Shown: piece after piece, positions 25,812 through 35,535 of the stretch
How the letters are laid out: each line of letters starts with the position of its first letter
How positions within the stretch are numbered: the first letter of the stretch is position 1
NCBI GenBank assembly: GCA_041191165.1
Contig: JBEEPJ010000001.1
Span: 1 to 43,955, forward strand
Source of the DNA: Bacteroidota bacterium
GTDB taxonomy: Bacteria; Bacteroidota; Bacteroidia; Flavobacteriales_D; Sanyastnellaceae
Reading direction: 5' to 3'
Length of the DNA: 43,955 nucleotides
Made by a program: the position numbers and the translations under genes
Notes under the pieces: generated by a model
Databases searched by the model: none
The model's input: only the letters and a program-made list of their open reading frames with translations
Told to the model about the DNA's origin: nothing

Positions 25812-27809
25812 ATGTTGGACGCTAAGATTCCCCATGGCCCGCTGGCCGACAAATGGACGCATCACAAGGACCATGTTCCCTTGGTGAACCCTGCCAACAA
25901 GCGGCTCATCGATGTGATTGTGGTAGGGACGGGTTTGGCCGGTAGTTCGGCTGCCGCATCCCTCGCCGAGATGGGATACAATGTCAAGGCTTTTTGTTTC
26001 CAAGACTCTCCACGCCGGGCCCACTCCATCGCAGCTCAGGGAGGCATCAATGCCGCCAAGAACTACCAGAACGATGGCGACTCCGTCTTCCGGCTCTTCT
26101 ATGACACCATCAAAGGGGGCGACTACCGGAGCCGCGAGGCGAACGTCTACCGCTTGGCGGAGGTGAGCACGAGCATCATCGACCAGTGTGTGGCCCAAGG
26201 GGTGCCCTTTGCGCGCGAATACGGCGGTTTGCTGGACAACCGCTCCTTCGGCGGGGTGCAGGTTTCGCGGACGTTTTATGCAAAAGGCCAAACCGGCCAA
26301 CAGCTCCTCCTCGGCGCCTACTCTGCCCTCAGCCGGCAAATTTCAAAAGGCAAGGTGCAGCTCTTCAACCGCCACGAGATGATGGACGTGGTGATTGTGG
26401 ATGGAAAGTGCCGCGGCATCATCGCCCGGAACTTGGTGACTGGGGCCATCGAGCGGCACAGTGCCCATGCGGTGATCTTGGCTTCTGGCGGTTACGGCAA
26501 TGTGTTCTTCTTGAGCACCAATGCGATGGGCTCCAACGTCTCCGCGGCATGGAAGGCCCACAAGAAGGGCGCATTCTTCGCGAATCCCTGCTTTACCCAG
26601 ATCCACCCGACGTGCATTCCGGTATCTGGCACTTACCAGTCGAAACTCACCCTCATGTCCGAGTCCTTGCGGAACGACGGACGCATTTGGGTACCCAAGA
26701 AGAAGGAGGATGCCGCCGCAGTCCGGGAGGGCAAATTGCGTCCCGTGGACATCGCAGAAGAGGACCGCGATTACTTCCTCGAGCGCCGCTATCCGGCCTT
26801 CGGCAACCTCGTCCCGCGCGATGTCGCATCGCGAGCGGCCAAGGAGCGTTGTGATGCTGGATTTGGGGTCAACGAAACCGGCGAGGCCGTCTACTTGGAC
26901 TATGCCTCAGCGATTGAGCGTTACGGCCGAACCGAGGCCAAAGTGCGGGGCATTTCCTCCCCGGACATGGCAACCATCCGCCAGCTGGGCAAGGATATCG
27001 TGAAGGCGAAATACGGCAACCTCTTCGATATGTACCAGCAGATCGCTGCGGACAATCCCTATGAGACGCCGATGAAAATCTACCCTGCGGTCCACTACAC
27101 GATGGGGGGCCTTTGGGTCGATTACAACTTGATGACCACCGTCCCGGGCTTGTACGCTGCGGGCGAGGCGAATTTCTCGGACCACGGCGCCAACCGCTTG
27201 GGGGCTTCCGCGTTGATGCAAGGCCTTGCGGATGGTTACTTCGTCCTGCCCTACACGGTTGGGGCTTATCTGGCCGACGACATCCGAACGGGCCGCATTT
27301 CTACCGACGGGCCGGAGTTTGCGGCGGCGGAACAGGCTGTTCGCGACCGCATTTCACACTTCCTCTCCAATCCCGGTGATACCCCCGTGGATGAATTCCA
27401 CCGTCGCCTGGGCCGCATCATGTGGGACGAGTGCGGCATGGCCCGCAATGCAGAAGGTTTGAAGAAGGCCATCGCCGACATTGCAGCCTTGCGCGAGGAG
27501 TTTTGGCAAAAGGTGCGCGTTCCAGGTCGTGCGGATCAATACAATCCCGAGTTGGACAAAGCGGGCCGTGTAGCGGACTTTTTGGAGCTGGGCGAATTGA
27601 TGTGCAAGGACGCGCTGGAACGCAATGAAAGTTGCGGAGGCCACTTCCGTGAGGAGTACCAAACCCCCGAAGGCGAAGCCCTCCGGGACGACGAGAACTT
27701 CACCTTCGTCTCCTCGTGGGAATACACGGGAGTTCCCAGCGAGGCGCGTCTGGTCAAGGAGCCCTTGGTTTACGAGAACATTGAGTTGAAGCAACGCAGC
27801 TACAAGTAA
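25812..27809 (+). CDS. sdhA: Succinate dehydrogenase/fumarate reductase flavoprotein subunit (665 aa; the track start 25797 is a TTG)
   Basis: FAD-binding [12 protein letters not shown]; [11 protein letters not shown]; HYTMGG motifs. Confidence 0.95.
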   Translation: MLDAKIPHGPLADKWTHHKDHVPLVNPANKRLIDVIVVGTGLAGSSAAASLAEMGYNVKAFCFQDSPRRAHSIAAQGGINAAKNYQNDGDSVFRLFYDTIKGGDYRSREANVYRLAEVSTSIIDQCVAQGVPFAREYGGLLDNRSFGGVQVSRTFYAKGQTGQQLLLGAYSALSRQISKGKVQLFNRHEMMDVVIVDGKCRGIIARNLVTGAIERHSAHAVILASGGYGNVFFLSTNAMGSNVSAAWKAHKKGAFFANPCFTQIHPTCIPVSGTYQSKLTLMSESLRNDGRIWVPKKKEDAAAVREGKLRPVDIAEEDRDYFLERRYPAFGNLVPRDVASRAAKERCDAGFGVNETGEAVYLDYASAIERYGRTEAKVRGISSPDMATIRQLGKDIVKAKYGNLFDMYQQIAADNPYETPMKIYPAVHYTMGGLWVDYNLMTTVPGLYAAGEANFSDHGANRLGASALMQGLADGYFVLPYTVGAYLADDIRTGRISTDGPEFAAAEQAVRDRISHFLSNPGDTPVDEFHRRLGRIMWDECGMARNAEGLKKAIADIAALREEFWQKVRVPGRADQYNPELDKAGRVADFLELGELMCKDALERNESCGGHFREEYQTPEGEALRDDENFTFVSSWEYTGVPSEARLVKEPLVYENIELKQRSYK

Positions 27810-27815
27810 CCGATC

Positions 27816-28565
27816 ATGAATCTGACATTGAAGGTTTGGCGCCAAAACGGCCCCAATGATGCGGGAAAGCTGGAGACCCATCAGGTGACGGGCATTTCCG
27901 AGCACATGTCGTTTTTGGAAATGATGGATGTGCTCAACGAGCAGATCATTCGGCAGGGGGGTGATCCTGTTGCTTTCGACCACGACTGCCGCGAAGGCAT
28001 TTGTGGCATGTGCTCCATGTTCATCAATGGGGAAGCCCATGGACCCGGCAGAGGCGTGACCACCTGCCAGTTGCACATGCGTTCTTTCCAGGACGGCGAC
28101 ACCATTTTCATCGAGCCTTGGCGTGCTGCAGCCTTTCCGGTCATCAAGGACTTGGTGGTAGACCGGAGCGCGTTCGATCGCATCATTCAAGCGGGCGGCT
28201 ACATTTCGGTGAACACCTCGGGAAACACCTTGGATGCGAATGCCATCCCGGTGCCCAAGGATGACGCGGATGAAGCTTTCAATGCGGCCACTTGCATCGG
28301 ATGTGGCGCTTGCGTGGCCACATGCAAGAATGCATCTGCGATGCTCTTCGTCTCGGCCAAGGTGTCGCAGTTTGCGTTGCTCCCCCAAGGACAGCCAGAG
28401 CGCGAGACACGGGTGCTCCGCATGGTGGAGCAGATGGACAAGGAGGGCTTCGGAAACTGCACCAATACGGGGGCTTGCGAGGTAGAATGTCCCAAGGGCA
28501 TCAGCCTTTCGAACATCGCCCGCATGAATCGAGACTATCTGTCCGCCAGTTTGAAGGCGGACTGA
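27816..28565 (+). CDS. sdhB: Succinate dehydrogenase/fumarate reductase iron-sulfur subunit (249 aa)
   Basis: Cys clusters [21 protein letters not shown] and [12 protein letters not shown]. Confidence 0.95.
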   Translation: MNLTLKVWRQNGPNDAGKLETHQVTGISEHMSFLEMMDVLNEQIIRQGGDPVAFDHDCREGICGMCSMFINGEAHGPGRGVTTCQLHMRSFQDGDTIFIEPWRAAAFPVIKDLVVDRSAFDRIIQAGGYISVNTSGNTLDANAIPVPKDDADEAFNAATCIGCGACVATCKNASAMLFVSAKVSQFALLPQGQPERETRVLRMVEQMDKEGFGNCTNTGACEVECPKGISLSNIARMNRDYLSASLKAD

Positions 28566-28605
28566 TAATTTTCAGCGGCCATTGACTATTTTTGGCCTCC
28601 GATTT

Positions 28606-28679
28606 TCGGGATATAGCGCAGCCCGGTAGCGCGCTTCGTTCGGGACGAAGAGGCCGCAGGTTCGAATCCTGCTATCCCG
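28606..28679 (+). tRNA. tRNA-Pro (anticodon CGG); CCA not encoded
   Basis: Folded by hand. Acceptor stem CGGGATA/TATCCCG; D stem GCGC/GCGC; anticodon stem CTTCG/CGAAG with loop TTCGGGA; 5-nt variable loop; T arm GCAGG-TTCGAAT-CCTGC; discriminator A. Confidence 0.9.
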
Positions 28680-28682
28680 ACT

Positions 28683-28716
28683 ACCCCAGGCTTCTCGCGG
28701 GAAGTTCTGGGGTTTT
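28683..28716 (+). terminator. Rho-independent-type terminator after tRNA-Pro
   Basis: CCCCAGGCTTC-TCGCGG-GAAGTTCTGGGG stem-loop followed by TTTTT. Confidence 0.65.
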
Positions 28717-28801
28717 TGGTTCCATGGCGGAGTGGGTTGGATAGGTTTTTTTGGCGGGCAAGAAAAACCCTATTTCATACGGATGCGCTATTTTTAGGTC
28801 C

Positions 28802-29158
28802 ATGAAAACCATCATTGGGTTGTTTTTCTTGGGAACCGCTATGGTCTGCCAAGCACAAAGCAAGGTCGAAACCCGGTTTCGGGTAGAGGGAGTTTGCGGC
28901 ATGTGTGAAGATCGGATCGAGGCTGTGCTGGACGTGGCAGGCGTGGTGGCGGCGGATTGGGATTTGGCCACCAAGGAGCTCATGGTGGTTTACAAGCCCA
29001 AGAAAATTTCAGAAGAACAACTGCATGTGCTGCTCAACTCCGTGGGCCATGACACCCAGAGCCGCAAGGCGAGCGACCAGGAGTATGCGGGCATTCACAG
29101 CTGCTGCAAGTACCGTGAGTCAGAAGGTTGCTCCGAGGGGAATGACCGCAAAAATTGA
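28802..29158 (+). CDS. Secreted heavy-metal-associated (HMA) domain protein with a Cys-rich C-terminal tail (118 aa)
   Basis: Signal MKTIIGLFFLGTAMVCQAQ. HMA fold with a CGMC (CxxC) metal site in FRVEGVCGMCEDRIE. C-terminal HSCCKYRESEGC. The track start at 28751 is an extension. Confidence 0.8.
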   Translation: MKTIIGLFFLGTAMVCQAQSKVETRFRVEGVCGMCEDRIEAVLDVAGVVAADWDLATKELMVVYKPKKISEEQLHVLLNSVGHDTQSRKASDQEYAGIHSCCKYRESEGCSEGNDRKN

Positions 29159-29166
29159 AGATTCCG

Positions 29167-31587
29167 ATGCATCGGATCTGGGCGGCATCTGTGTTGCTTC
29201 TCGCGATTCTCGTCAAGGCTGAAGCGCAAGAAGTCCCCGCAAAGACCGGGGTTGCCAAGGGAAAAATCTACGCTGAACTTCCGGGCGAGCGTCCGCAAAC
29301 CCCACGCCATGAAGCGTTGCCTGGCGCCCATGTGAGGGCGATTTCCTCCTCCAAGGGGACGGTGACCGATGGGTTTGGCTTTTTCAAGTTGGAGGACATT
29401 CCGATGGGTGACACGCTGGAGGCCTCAATGGTGGGGTTTCAGGCCGTGCGGTGGGTCTTTACAGGAGAGGATTTTACCGAAATCCCGCTGATTTCGGGCA
29501 TTGCGCTGGGAGCCGCAGAAGTGAAATCAGATGGGCCGACAGCATCCTATTCGCTCCTGGATCCCCGGCACGTTCAACAACTCAACCGTGGCGAGCTGGT
29601 GAAGGCCGCGTGCTGCAACTTGTCTGAGGCCTTTGAGACCAATGCCTCAGTGGATGCGGCGTTCACCGATGCCATCACAGGAACCCGACAAATTCGGATG
29701 CTGGGTTTGGATGGCAAATACACCTCCATGCAGGTGGACAACCTACCGGGGCCACGAGGACTGGCGGTTGTAGAGGGCTTGATGCTCATTCCTGGAGACT
29801 GGGTGAACGGAATTGCGATCTCCAAAGGTGCGGGCTCCGTGGTGGGGGGCTATGAGAGCATCACCGGAGAGATTCATGTGGGCTTGATGAACCCCATGAA
29901 TGCCCCCAAGTTGCATGTGAACTTGTACCAGAACGAGTCAGGTCGCACGGAATTCAATCACGTCAGCCGCCATGATATCAGCCGGCGCTGGAAGATGACG
30001 CTCCTCACCCACGGCTTGCAGAATCAAGCGGTGAACGACCGAAATGAGGATGGCTTTTTGGATGTCCCCCTGCAGCGGCATGGCATTGTACGGAACGAGT
30101 GGAAATTCATGGGCGATCGCGGCATGGAAGGGGAGTACAGCCTCTCGGCCATCCGCACTGGGCTCGCCGCGGGCACGGTAGGCACTTTTCGTGGGACGGA
30201 GGGCATTCGGGATTGGGGCACCCTGCTCGAACAGCCGGACACCTCTGGACTCCGGTGGTCGGCGGCCTCCCAAACCAGTCGGCTGGAGGCCACGGCAAAA
30301 ACCGGCTTCGTATTTGCGGACAAACCCGGTCGCAGCATCGGCACGCAGTTCTCCGGAGTGCGATTTGAGACGGAACAGAACTTTGGCGGTGCGCGCTATC
30401 GGGGCCTGGAAGAGATGTTCCGGGCAAACCTCTTGTTCGCCGATATGCTCGGAAACTCCGCCCACCGCATCACCACGGGCATTTCTTGGCTCTGGAATCG
30501 ATTCGATGAAGCGGCACAGTGGAATGAGGAGGCGGGAAGCCCCGTTGCGGAACAGCGAAAGGATGTCCTCAAGCGGGTGGAGAGTGTCCCGGGAATTTTC
30601 GCGGAATACACCTACAACGACGACATTCGCTGGAACGTCATCGCGGGCCTCCGCGCGGATTATCACAACCTGTATGGCCTCCGTTGGACGCCTCGGATTC
30701 ACGCGCGTTGGAGTGTGACGGAGCATGTGGCCTTAAAGGCATCCGCAGGTCGGGGATGGCGCGTGCCCAATCCGCTCATGGAGCAGCGGGGTGCTTGGGC
30801 CAGCAACCGGGTGTGGTGGGCCATCGCCCCGGGGTCATCAGCTCCGGGCTCCGTGGAGCGGATGGCCTTGCCAGGGGCGGGCTTCCAGCCGGAAGTGGCG
30901 GACAACGCGGGCTTGAGCCTGACGACGAAGTTCCGGCTGGGACACCGCGAGTCTGGGCTGGCTTTGGATGCCTTTTACACCCGTTTTCAGAATCGGTTGG
31001 TGGTGGATTTGGATGGAGACCCCGGGGAAGTGTGGCTGTACAATCTGGAAGGGCGTTCTGAAGCATTTTCCGCGCAGGCGGAATGGGATTGGTCGTTCCA
31101 CCGCCGGTGGGACCTGCGGGTGGCTTTGCGGTATGTGGAGGCCACCACAGACCGGTTGGGCACGGCGGACCGTCGCGATCCCTTCGTTCCGGTGCTTCGG
31201 GCCTTTTCGCAGTGGAGCTATGCGAGCAAAGTCACCTCAGCGGGCAAGCAATGGCGTGCAGATGCGACGGTACAGTGGATGGGTCCGCAACGCATTCCGG
31301 ATACGGGGTCCTTGCCAGAGGCGTTCCAACGCCCGGGCGACGTTCCGGGATTCTTGCAGGTGAACACGCAGGTTACCCGCCAGTTTTCGGAGCGATTCGA
31401 TGTGTACTTGGGGGTGGAGAACTTGACGAATGTGCGGCAGGACCGCCCCATTTTGGGACAGGGAGTGGAAGATACGGCGCTGTTTGACCGGCATTTTGAT
31501 GCGAGTTTGGTCTACGGGCCCATCTTTGGGCGGATGATGTATGGCGGGCTCCGATGGCGCATCGAGGGCCCTTCGGAAGGCCATTGA
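29167..31587 (+). CDS. TonB-dependent outer-membrane receptor with CarboxypepD_reg-like N-domain (806 aa; the track start 29155 is a TTG overlapping the HMA stop)
   Basis: Signal MHRIWAASVLLLAILVKAEAQ. Plug region (GELVKAACCNLSEAFETNASVD, DGKYTSMQVDNLPGPRGL), long barrel, and a C-terminal ..GRMMYGGLRW strand. Confidence 0.85.
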   Translation: MHRIWAASVLLLAILVKAEAQEVPAKTGVAKGKIYAELPGERPQTPRHEALPGAHVRAISSSKGTVTDGFGFFKLEDIPMGDTLEASMVGFQAVRWVFTGEDFTEIPLISGIALGAAEVKSDGPTASYSLLDPRHVQQLNRGELVKAACCNLSEAFETNASVDAAFTDAITGTRQIRMLGLDGKYTSMQVDNLPGPRGLAVVEGLMLIPGDWVNGIAISKGAGSVVGGYESITGEIHVGLMNPMNAPKLHVNLYQNESGRTEFNHVSRHDISRRWKMTLLTHGLQNQAVNDRNEDGFLDVPLQRHGIVRNEWKFMGDRGMEGEYSLSAIRTGLAAGTVGTFRGTEGIRDWGTLLEQPDTSGLRWSAASQTSRLEATAKTGFVFADKPGRSIGTQFSGVRFETEQNFGGARYRGLEEMFRANLLFADMLGNSAHRITTGISWLWNRFDEAAQWNEEAGSPVAEQRKDVLKRVESVPGIFAEYTYNDDIRWNVIAGLRADYHNLYGLRWTPRIHARWSVTEHVALKASAGRGWRVPNPLMEQRGAWASNRVWWAIAPGSSAPGSVERMALPGAGFQPEVADNAGLSLTTKFRLGHRESGLALDAFYTRFQNRLVVDLDGDPGEVWLYNLEGRSEAFSAQAEWDWSFHRRWDLRVALRYVEATTDRLGTADRRDPFVPVLRAFSQWSYASKVTSAGKQWRADATVQWMGPQRIPDTGSLPEAFQRPGDVPGFLQVNTQVTRQFSERFDVYLGVENLTNVRQDRPILGQGVEDTALFDRHFDASLVYGPIFGRMMYGGLRWRIEGPSEGH

Positions 31588-31594
31588 TTGCCGT

Positions 31595-34500
31595 TCAGCT
31601 GGCCTGGCCGAGTCGGTGGAGGGGCAGCAGAGGGGAAGCATCTTCTGCGTAGCGGGGGTCGGGGCGGTAGGCGAGTTTGGTCATGTGAGATGCCTCCACG
31701 TGCAGGCAACCGTAGCTCTCTGCCACCACGCCTTCGATGCGGTAGATGCCCCTTCCCCGAAATGGAAAGGCCCGGAGCGCGGGTGGAAAGTGGACCGTAT
31801 CGAGCCATTTCCCCTGGGCGTCGAGGAAGCACCCGAAGGCCATGCGGTCTCCGTTGACGGTGCGCGTTTCCTTCACGGTGACGAGATAGCCCGCCACGGC
31901 CACCCGCTTTCCGATGCAGGCGGCCAGTTGATCTGCCGGTATGCCGTGGCGAGCGGCTTCTGCGGCCTCGGGTTCGAGCAGGGCAAAGGGCGGCACGAGG
32001 GGGAATCCGAGGAGTTCCAGTTGGTCGTAGGCCTGTTCCAGGGCGCCGGAGACCTCCACGGGCCAATCGTGGTCCACCGGCTCCGCCGCGAAAAGCGTGT
32101 GCCCCCGCCGGGGCTTTTTTCCGGGCCCCATGAGCATGTGGGCCTCCCAGAGCAGGGCTTGTTGGGAGGAACCGGTGAACCGGAAGCCACCGATTCGGAT
32201 CATGCGGGAAAGGCCATCCAGTCCGATGGGAACCCTTTGCACAAAGTCCGCGAGGGAGGAAAAGGCCCCCTCTTGCTCCCGTGCGTGCATCCAGGCATCC
32301 ATGTCGCGCTCCTCCAACCCATGGACCAGTTGAAAACCGAGAAAGATGCGGTTGTGCAGGGCATCCCAAACAGCCGCTTTCGCACCCCGGTTGACGCACG
32401 GCGGCTCGATGTCACATCCGCAAACGCGCGCTTCATGGACATAGAACTCGGTGTCGTAAAAGCCCCCGAGGTTGTTGATGCACGCCGTCAGGTAAGCGCC
32501 GGGCCAGTGCGCTTTCAAGAACAAACTCTGGTAACTCTCCACGGCATAGGAAGCAGAGTGTCCTTTCGCGAAAGCATATCCCGCAAAACTCTCCACTTGC
32601 CGCCAAACCTCAGCAGCCACCTCAGCGGAATGGCCCTGGCGGATGGCCCCTTGAATGAATCCCTCCTGCGCACGGGCAAAGGCCTCGCGTGAGCGGAACT
32701 TCCCGCTCATGCCGCGGCGCAGGACATCCGCCTCCCCGAGGTCGAGCCCGGCGAAGTGGTGCGCCACCTTGATGACATCTTCTTGGTACACCATGACCCC
32801 GTAGGTCTCGGGCATCAGGGCCAGCAGGGCGGGATGGGCCTGGTGGCGGGCTTCGGGATGGCGGTGCCGCTCGATGTAGGCCTGCATCATGCCGCTGCGC
32901 GCCACCCCAGGCCGAATCACCGAACTCGCCGCCACCAACCCGAGGTAGTCATCCACCTGCAACTTGCGCAGCAGCATCCGCATGGCGGGCGATTCCACGT
33001 AGAAGCATCCGATGGCCCGGGCTTCCCGCAGCAAATCCTTCACCACGGGATCGTTTTTGAACCGGTAGAGGTCATGGATGTCGATGTCCCCGGCGGTCTC
33101 GGGGTCATGGGCTTGGACCAGGGCCAGGGCATCGTGGATCTTGGCCAGCCCCCGTTGGCTCAGGATGTCGAATTTGTAAAGACCTATGTCTTCTGCCACA
33201 ATCATGTCAAATTGCGTGGTGGGGAAGCCCCGCGGCGGCACGAAGGTGGCGCAGAAATGGTGGATGGGCTTGTCGGCAATCAGGATGCCGCAGGCGTGGA
33301 TGGTGATGCTGTTGGGGAAGTCCTGGAGACGGGCTGCGTACTTGAGCACCAGCCGCTCGAGTTCCCCGGGCTGTGTATTCTTTCCGTGGGCGAGGGCATC
33401 GATTTCATGCTTGGGGAGACCCAGCACCTTTCCCAGTTCGCGGACCGCTGCCCGGTACTGGAAGGTGTTGTAGGCGCCGACCAGGGCCACGTGTTCGAAG
33501 CGGCGGAAGATGTAAGCCGTGATGGCCTCCCGGTCCGTCCACGAGAAGTCGATGTCGAAGTCCGGCGGATGGCTTCGGTACAGGTTGATGAACCGCTCGA
33601 AATAGAGGTCCAGTTCGATGGGGTCCACATCGGTGATGCGCAGGAGATAGGCCACCAGGCTGTTTGCTCCGCTGCCCCGTCCGACATAGAAGAACCCCTG
33701 TCGCCGAGCGAAGGAAGTGATGTCCCAGTTGATGAGGAAGTACGAGAGAAAACGCTGCTGCTGAATGACCTGCAGCTCGTGCTCCATGCGCTCGCGCACC
33801 TGTTGCAACATGGCGCCTTGGGCGGGGCTCCGGTCGGCGGGATAGCGGTAGGCGATGCCCGCTTCACACAACTGCCGCACGAGCCGTTCATCCTCGGCTT
33901 CTGAGCCGGTGTAGGTGTGTTGGTTGTGGTGGATTTGGCCTTCTGGCGGCGTAGGCCAAACCATCCCACACTTCCCCATGATTTCCTCCCCCCTTTTTTT
34001 CCGTTCGAGCGGAAAAATGGCGGCGATGGCCTCAAGGGCGTCGGAGTGGAAAACATCCCGGGGATCGCCCGTCTGCTGTGGCGTCAGCCGGCTGAGCAGG
34101 AGGTTGTGGTCGATGGCCCGCAGCAGCCGGTGGGCATTCCAGTCCCCCATGTGCCGGAATGTCCCGACGTGCCATGCGATGAGGCGTTCCTTCCAGGCGT
34201 CAGGGAAATCGGCCGCCGCACACGCCCAGTGAATGGCATCCTGTTCCCACCACCGCCCGCCGATCCATTCCCATTCCCGGGGCGCGAGGTCTTCCATGCC
34301 CCACCGTTTCCAAGCTTCCCAGGGGTAGATGACCTGCACGTGTTCCCAATCGGGCGCTCGTTCCGGCCCTGACGCGGCTCCTTCGGGTGCGCCGCGGCTC
34401 AGAAACTCACACAACTCGCGCCACCCCGCTAACCCCTGGGCCAGCGCCGTGTACAGCAGCCGATCCCCCTTCCGGAAATCGATTCCGAGCACCGGGGTGA

Positions 34501-34666
34501 TGTCCATCTCCCGGGCCAAACGAACAAACTCCCAAGCCGCGGAGGTGTTCATCACGTCCGTCAGGGCCAGGGTTTTCACGCCGCAGGCCCGCGCCGTTTG
34601 CAGGAGCGTTTCGGGCGACATGAGGCCATAGCGCAGGCTGAACCACGAATGGGCAGTGAGGAGCAC
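31595..34666 (-). CDS. dnaE2: Error-prone DNA polymerase III alpha-like subunit DnaE2/ImuC (1023 aa from GTG 34666)
   Basis: PHP N-terminus (V)LLTAHSWFSLRYGLMSPETLL. Pol III alpha palm/fingers (GSGANSLVAYLLRITDVDP, DFDIDF, YAFAKGHSASYA) and an OB-fold C-terminus, with no tau-binding extension. There is no in-frame ATG between the SRAP stop and the PHP motif, so GTG at 34666 is the only plausible start. The track ORF extension to 35077 overlaps the SRAP gene. Confidence 0.88.
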   Translation of the reverse strand: MLLTAHSWFSLRYGLMSPETLLQTARACGVKTLALTDVMNTSAAWEFVRLAREMDITPVLGIDFRKGDRLLYTALAQGLAGWRELCEFLSRGAPEGAASGPERAPDWEHVQVIYPWEAWKRWGMEDLAPREWEWIGGRWWEQDAIHWACAAADFPDAWKERLIAWHVGTFRHMGDWNAHRLLRAIDHNLLLSRLTPQQTGDPRDVFHSDALEAIAAIFPLERKKRGEEIMGKCGMVWPTPPEGQIHHNQHTYTGSEAEDERLVRQLCEAGIAYRYPADRSPAQGAMLQQVRERMEHELQVIQQQRFLSYFLINWDITSFARRQGFFYVGRGSGANSLVAYLLRITDVDPIELDLYFERFINLYRSHPPDFDIDFSWTDREAITAYIFRRFEHVALVGAYNTFQYRAAVRELGKVLGLPKHEIDALAHGKNTQPGELERLVLKYAARLQDFPNSITIHACGILIADKPIHHFCATFVPPRGFPTTQFDMIVAEDIGLYKFDILSQRGLAKIHDALALVQAHDPETAGDIDIHDLYRFKNDPVVKDLLREARAIGCFYVESPAMRMLLRKLQVDDYLGLVAASSVIRPGVARSGMMQAYIERHRHPEARHQAHPALLALMPETYGVMVYQEDVIKVAHHFAGLDLGEADVLRRGMSGKFRSREAFARAQEGFIQGAIRQGHSAEVAAEVWRQVESFAGYAFAKGHSASYAVESYQSLFLKAHWPGAYLTACINNLGGFYDTEFYVHEARVCGCDIEPPCVNRGAKAAVWDALHNRIFLGFQLVHGLEERDMDAWMHAREQEGAFSSLADFVQRVPIGLDGLSRMIRIGGFRFTGSSQQALLWEAHMLMGPGKKPRRGHTLFAAEPVDHDWPVEVSGALEQAYDQLELLGFPLVPPFALLEPEAAEAARHGIPADQLAACIGKRVAVAGYLVTVKETRTVNGDRMAFGCFLDAQGKWLDTVHFPPALRAFPFRGRGIYRIEGVVAESYGCLHVEASHMTKLAYRPDPRYAEDASPLLPLHRLGQAS

Positions 34667-34677
34667 GGGAACGGGGA

Positions 34678-35511
34678 TTAGAACAGGGTCGGTGCAGCGG
34701 GAGGAGGCGTGCGCCGGTTTTTCGCCCGGGTTTCGCCCATCCCAAACATCTCCACGTGCTCGTGGAGCGAGTAGGTGTACTCCGGGACGAGGCGCTCGCC
34801 TTGGGGTTGGATGAGGTGGGAGCCGTTCGCCCGGGGGTCCCGGATGGCTGGGTCGATGGGGTAGGCGTTGAGCCAGTGGTCGGGGATGGGGCGGAGCATG
34901 GCCGTGGCCTCGGCGAGGGGTGTTTCCGGGTCGATCCATGCCCGTTCCTGGTCGGCGTCCAGCACCACGGGCGACCGGTGGTGGCCGATGCGTTGGAGGA
35001 TGCGATTGGCGACCGTGGTGATGATGGCAAAGGACCGGATGATTTCGCCGGTGCCGGGATCCACCCATTCGTCCCAAATGCCGGCCAGGGCAAAGGGCGT
35101 AGCGCCGTTCTTGGGGTAGAGCAGGTAGGGCTTTTGAAGCCGTTCTTGCTTGGGCCCCTCGATGAATCCATCGGCGATGACCAAGCAGCGCCGTTCGCGG
35201 ATGGACTGGCGGAACATGGGCTTGTTGAGGATGCCCAAGGCGCCGGTGTAGCGCGGGTCATCGTCGGGGTTGTGGTCGCCCTCGGAGCGGGCGTTGACCA
35301 TGTAGAATTGCTTCTGGGCCCAGCGGGGGGTGAGGCCAAACTGAAACATCTGCACCTCCCCCGGGGCGTCGTGGGCGACCACGGGCGCGGCATCGCCGTG
35401 GGAGACATTGGTGCTGGGCTTCCATTGGAGGGCCACATCCTCGGCCACTTGGACGTTGAACCGCTTTTCGACGGCTTGGATTTTTGAGAGGGTGACGTAT
35501 CGTCCGCACAT
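34678..35511 (-). CDS. SOS-response-associated peptidase (SRAP/YedK/HMCES family; abasic-site sensor) with a C-terminal extension (277 aa)
   Basis: Invariant N-terminal MCGR(Y) with catalytic Cys2. SRAP-like core (NARSE, PMFRQS..RRCLV.ADGF.E, FA.AG.W). Sits between the Y-family polymerase and dnaE2. Confidence 0.88.
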   Translation of the reverse strand: MCGRYVTLSKIQAVEKRFNVQVAEDVALQWKPSTNVSHGDAAPVVAHDAPGEVQMFQFGLTPRWAQKQFYMVNARSEGDHNPDDDPRYTGALGILNKPMFRQSIRERRCLVIADGFIEGPKQERLQKPYLLYPKNGATPFALAGIWDEWVDPGTGEIIRSFAIITTVANRILQRIGHHRSPVVLDADQERAWIDPETPLAEATAMLRPIPDHWLNAYPIDPAIRDPRANGSHLIQPQGERLVPEYTYSLHEHVEMFGMGETRAKNRRTPPPAAPTLF

Positions 35512-35535
35512 GGGGGTCGGAGTCGGGAATGGGGG

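Noticed and set aside
27354-28388. 344-aa minus-strand ORF overlapping sdhA and sdhB
   Set aside because: It spans the boundary between two genes with canonical Fe-S and FAD motifs on the plus strand.
28606-28801. tRNA-Pro as a possible integration hotspot or genomic-island boundary
   Set aside because: There is no integrase, no direct repeat of the tRNA 3' end downstream within the window, and no compositional break that I can see. The flanking genes look chromosomal.
31541-33904. Plus-strand ORFs 31541..32692 and 32756..33904, antisense to dnaE2; also the Pro/Arg-rich minus-strand ORFs 31512..32399 and 33280..34056, which overlap dnaE2 out of frame
   Set aside because: Shadow or out-of-frame ORFs. 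The DnaE2 frame has PHP and Pol III alpha motifs along its whole length.
34667-35077. 137-aa upstream extension of the dnaE2 ORF in the track
   Set aside because: It overlaps the SRAP gene out of frame and is Pro/Arg/Gly-rich. PHP-domain homology begins right at GTG 34666.
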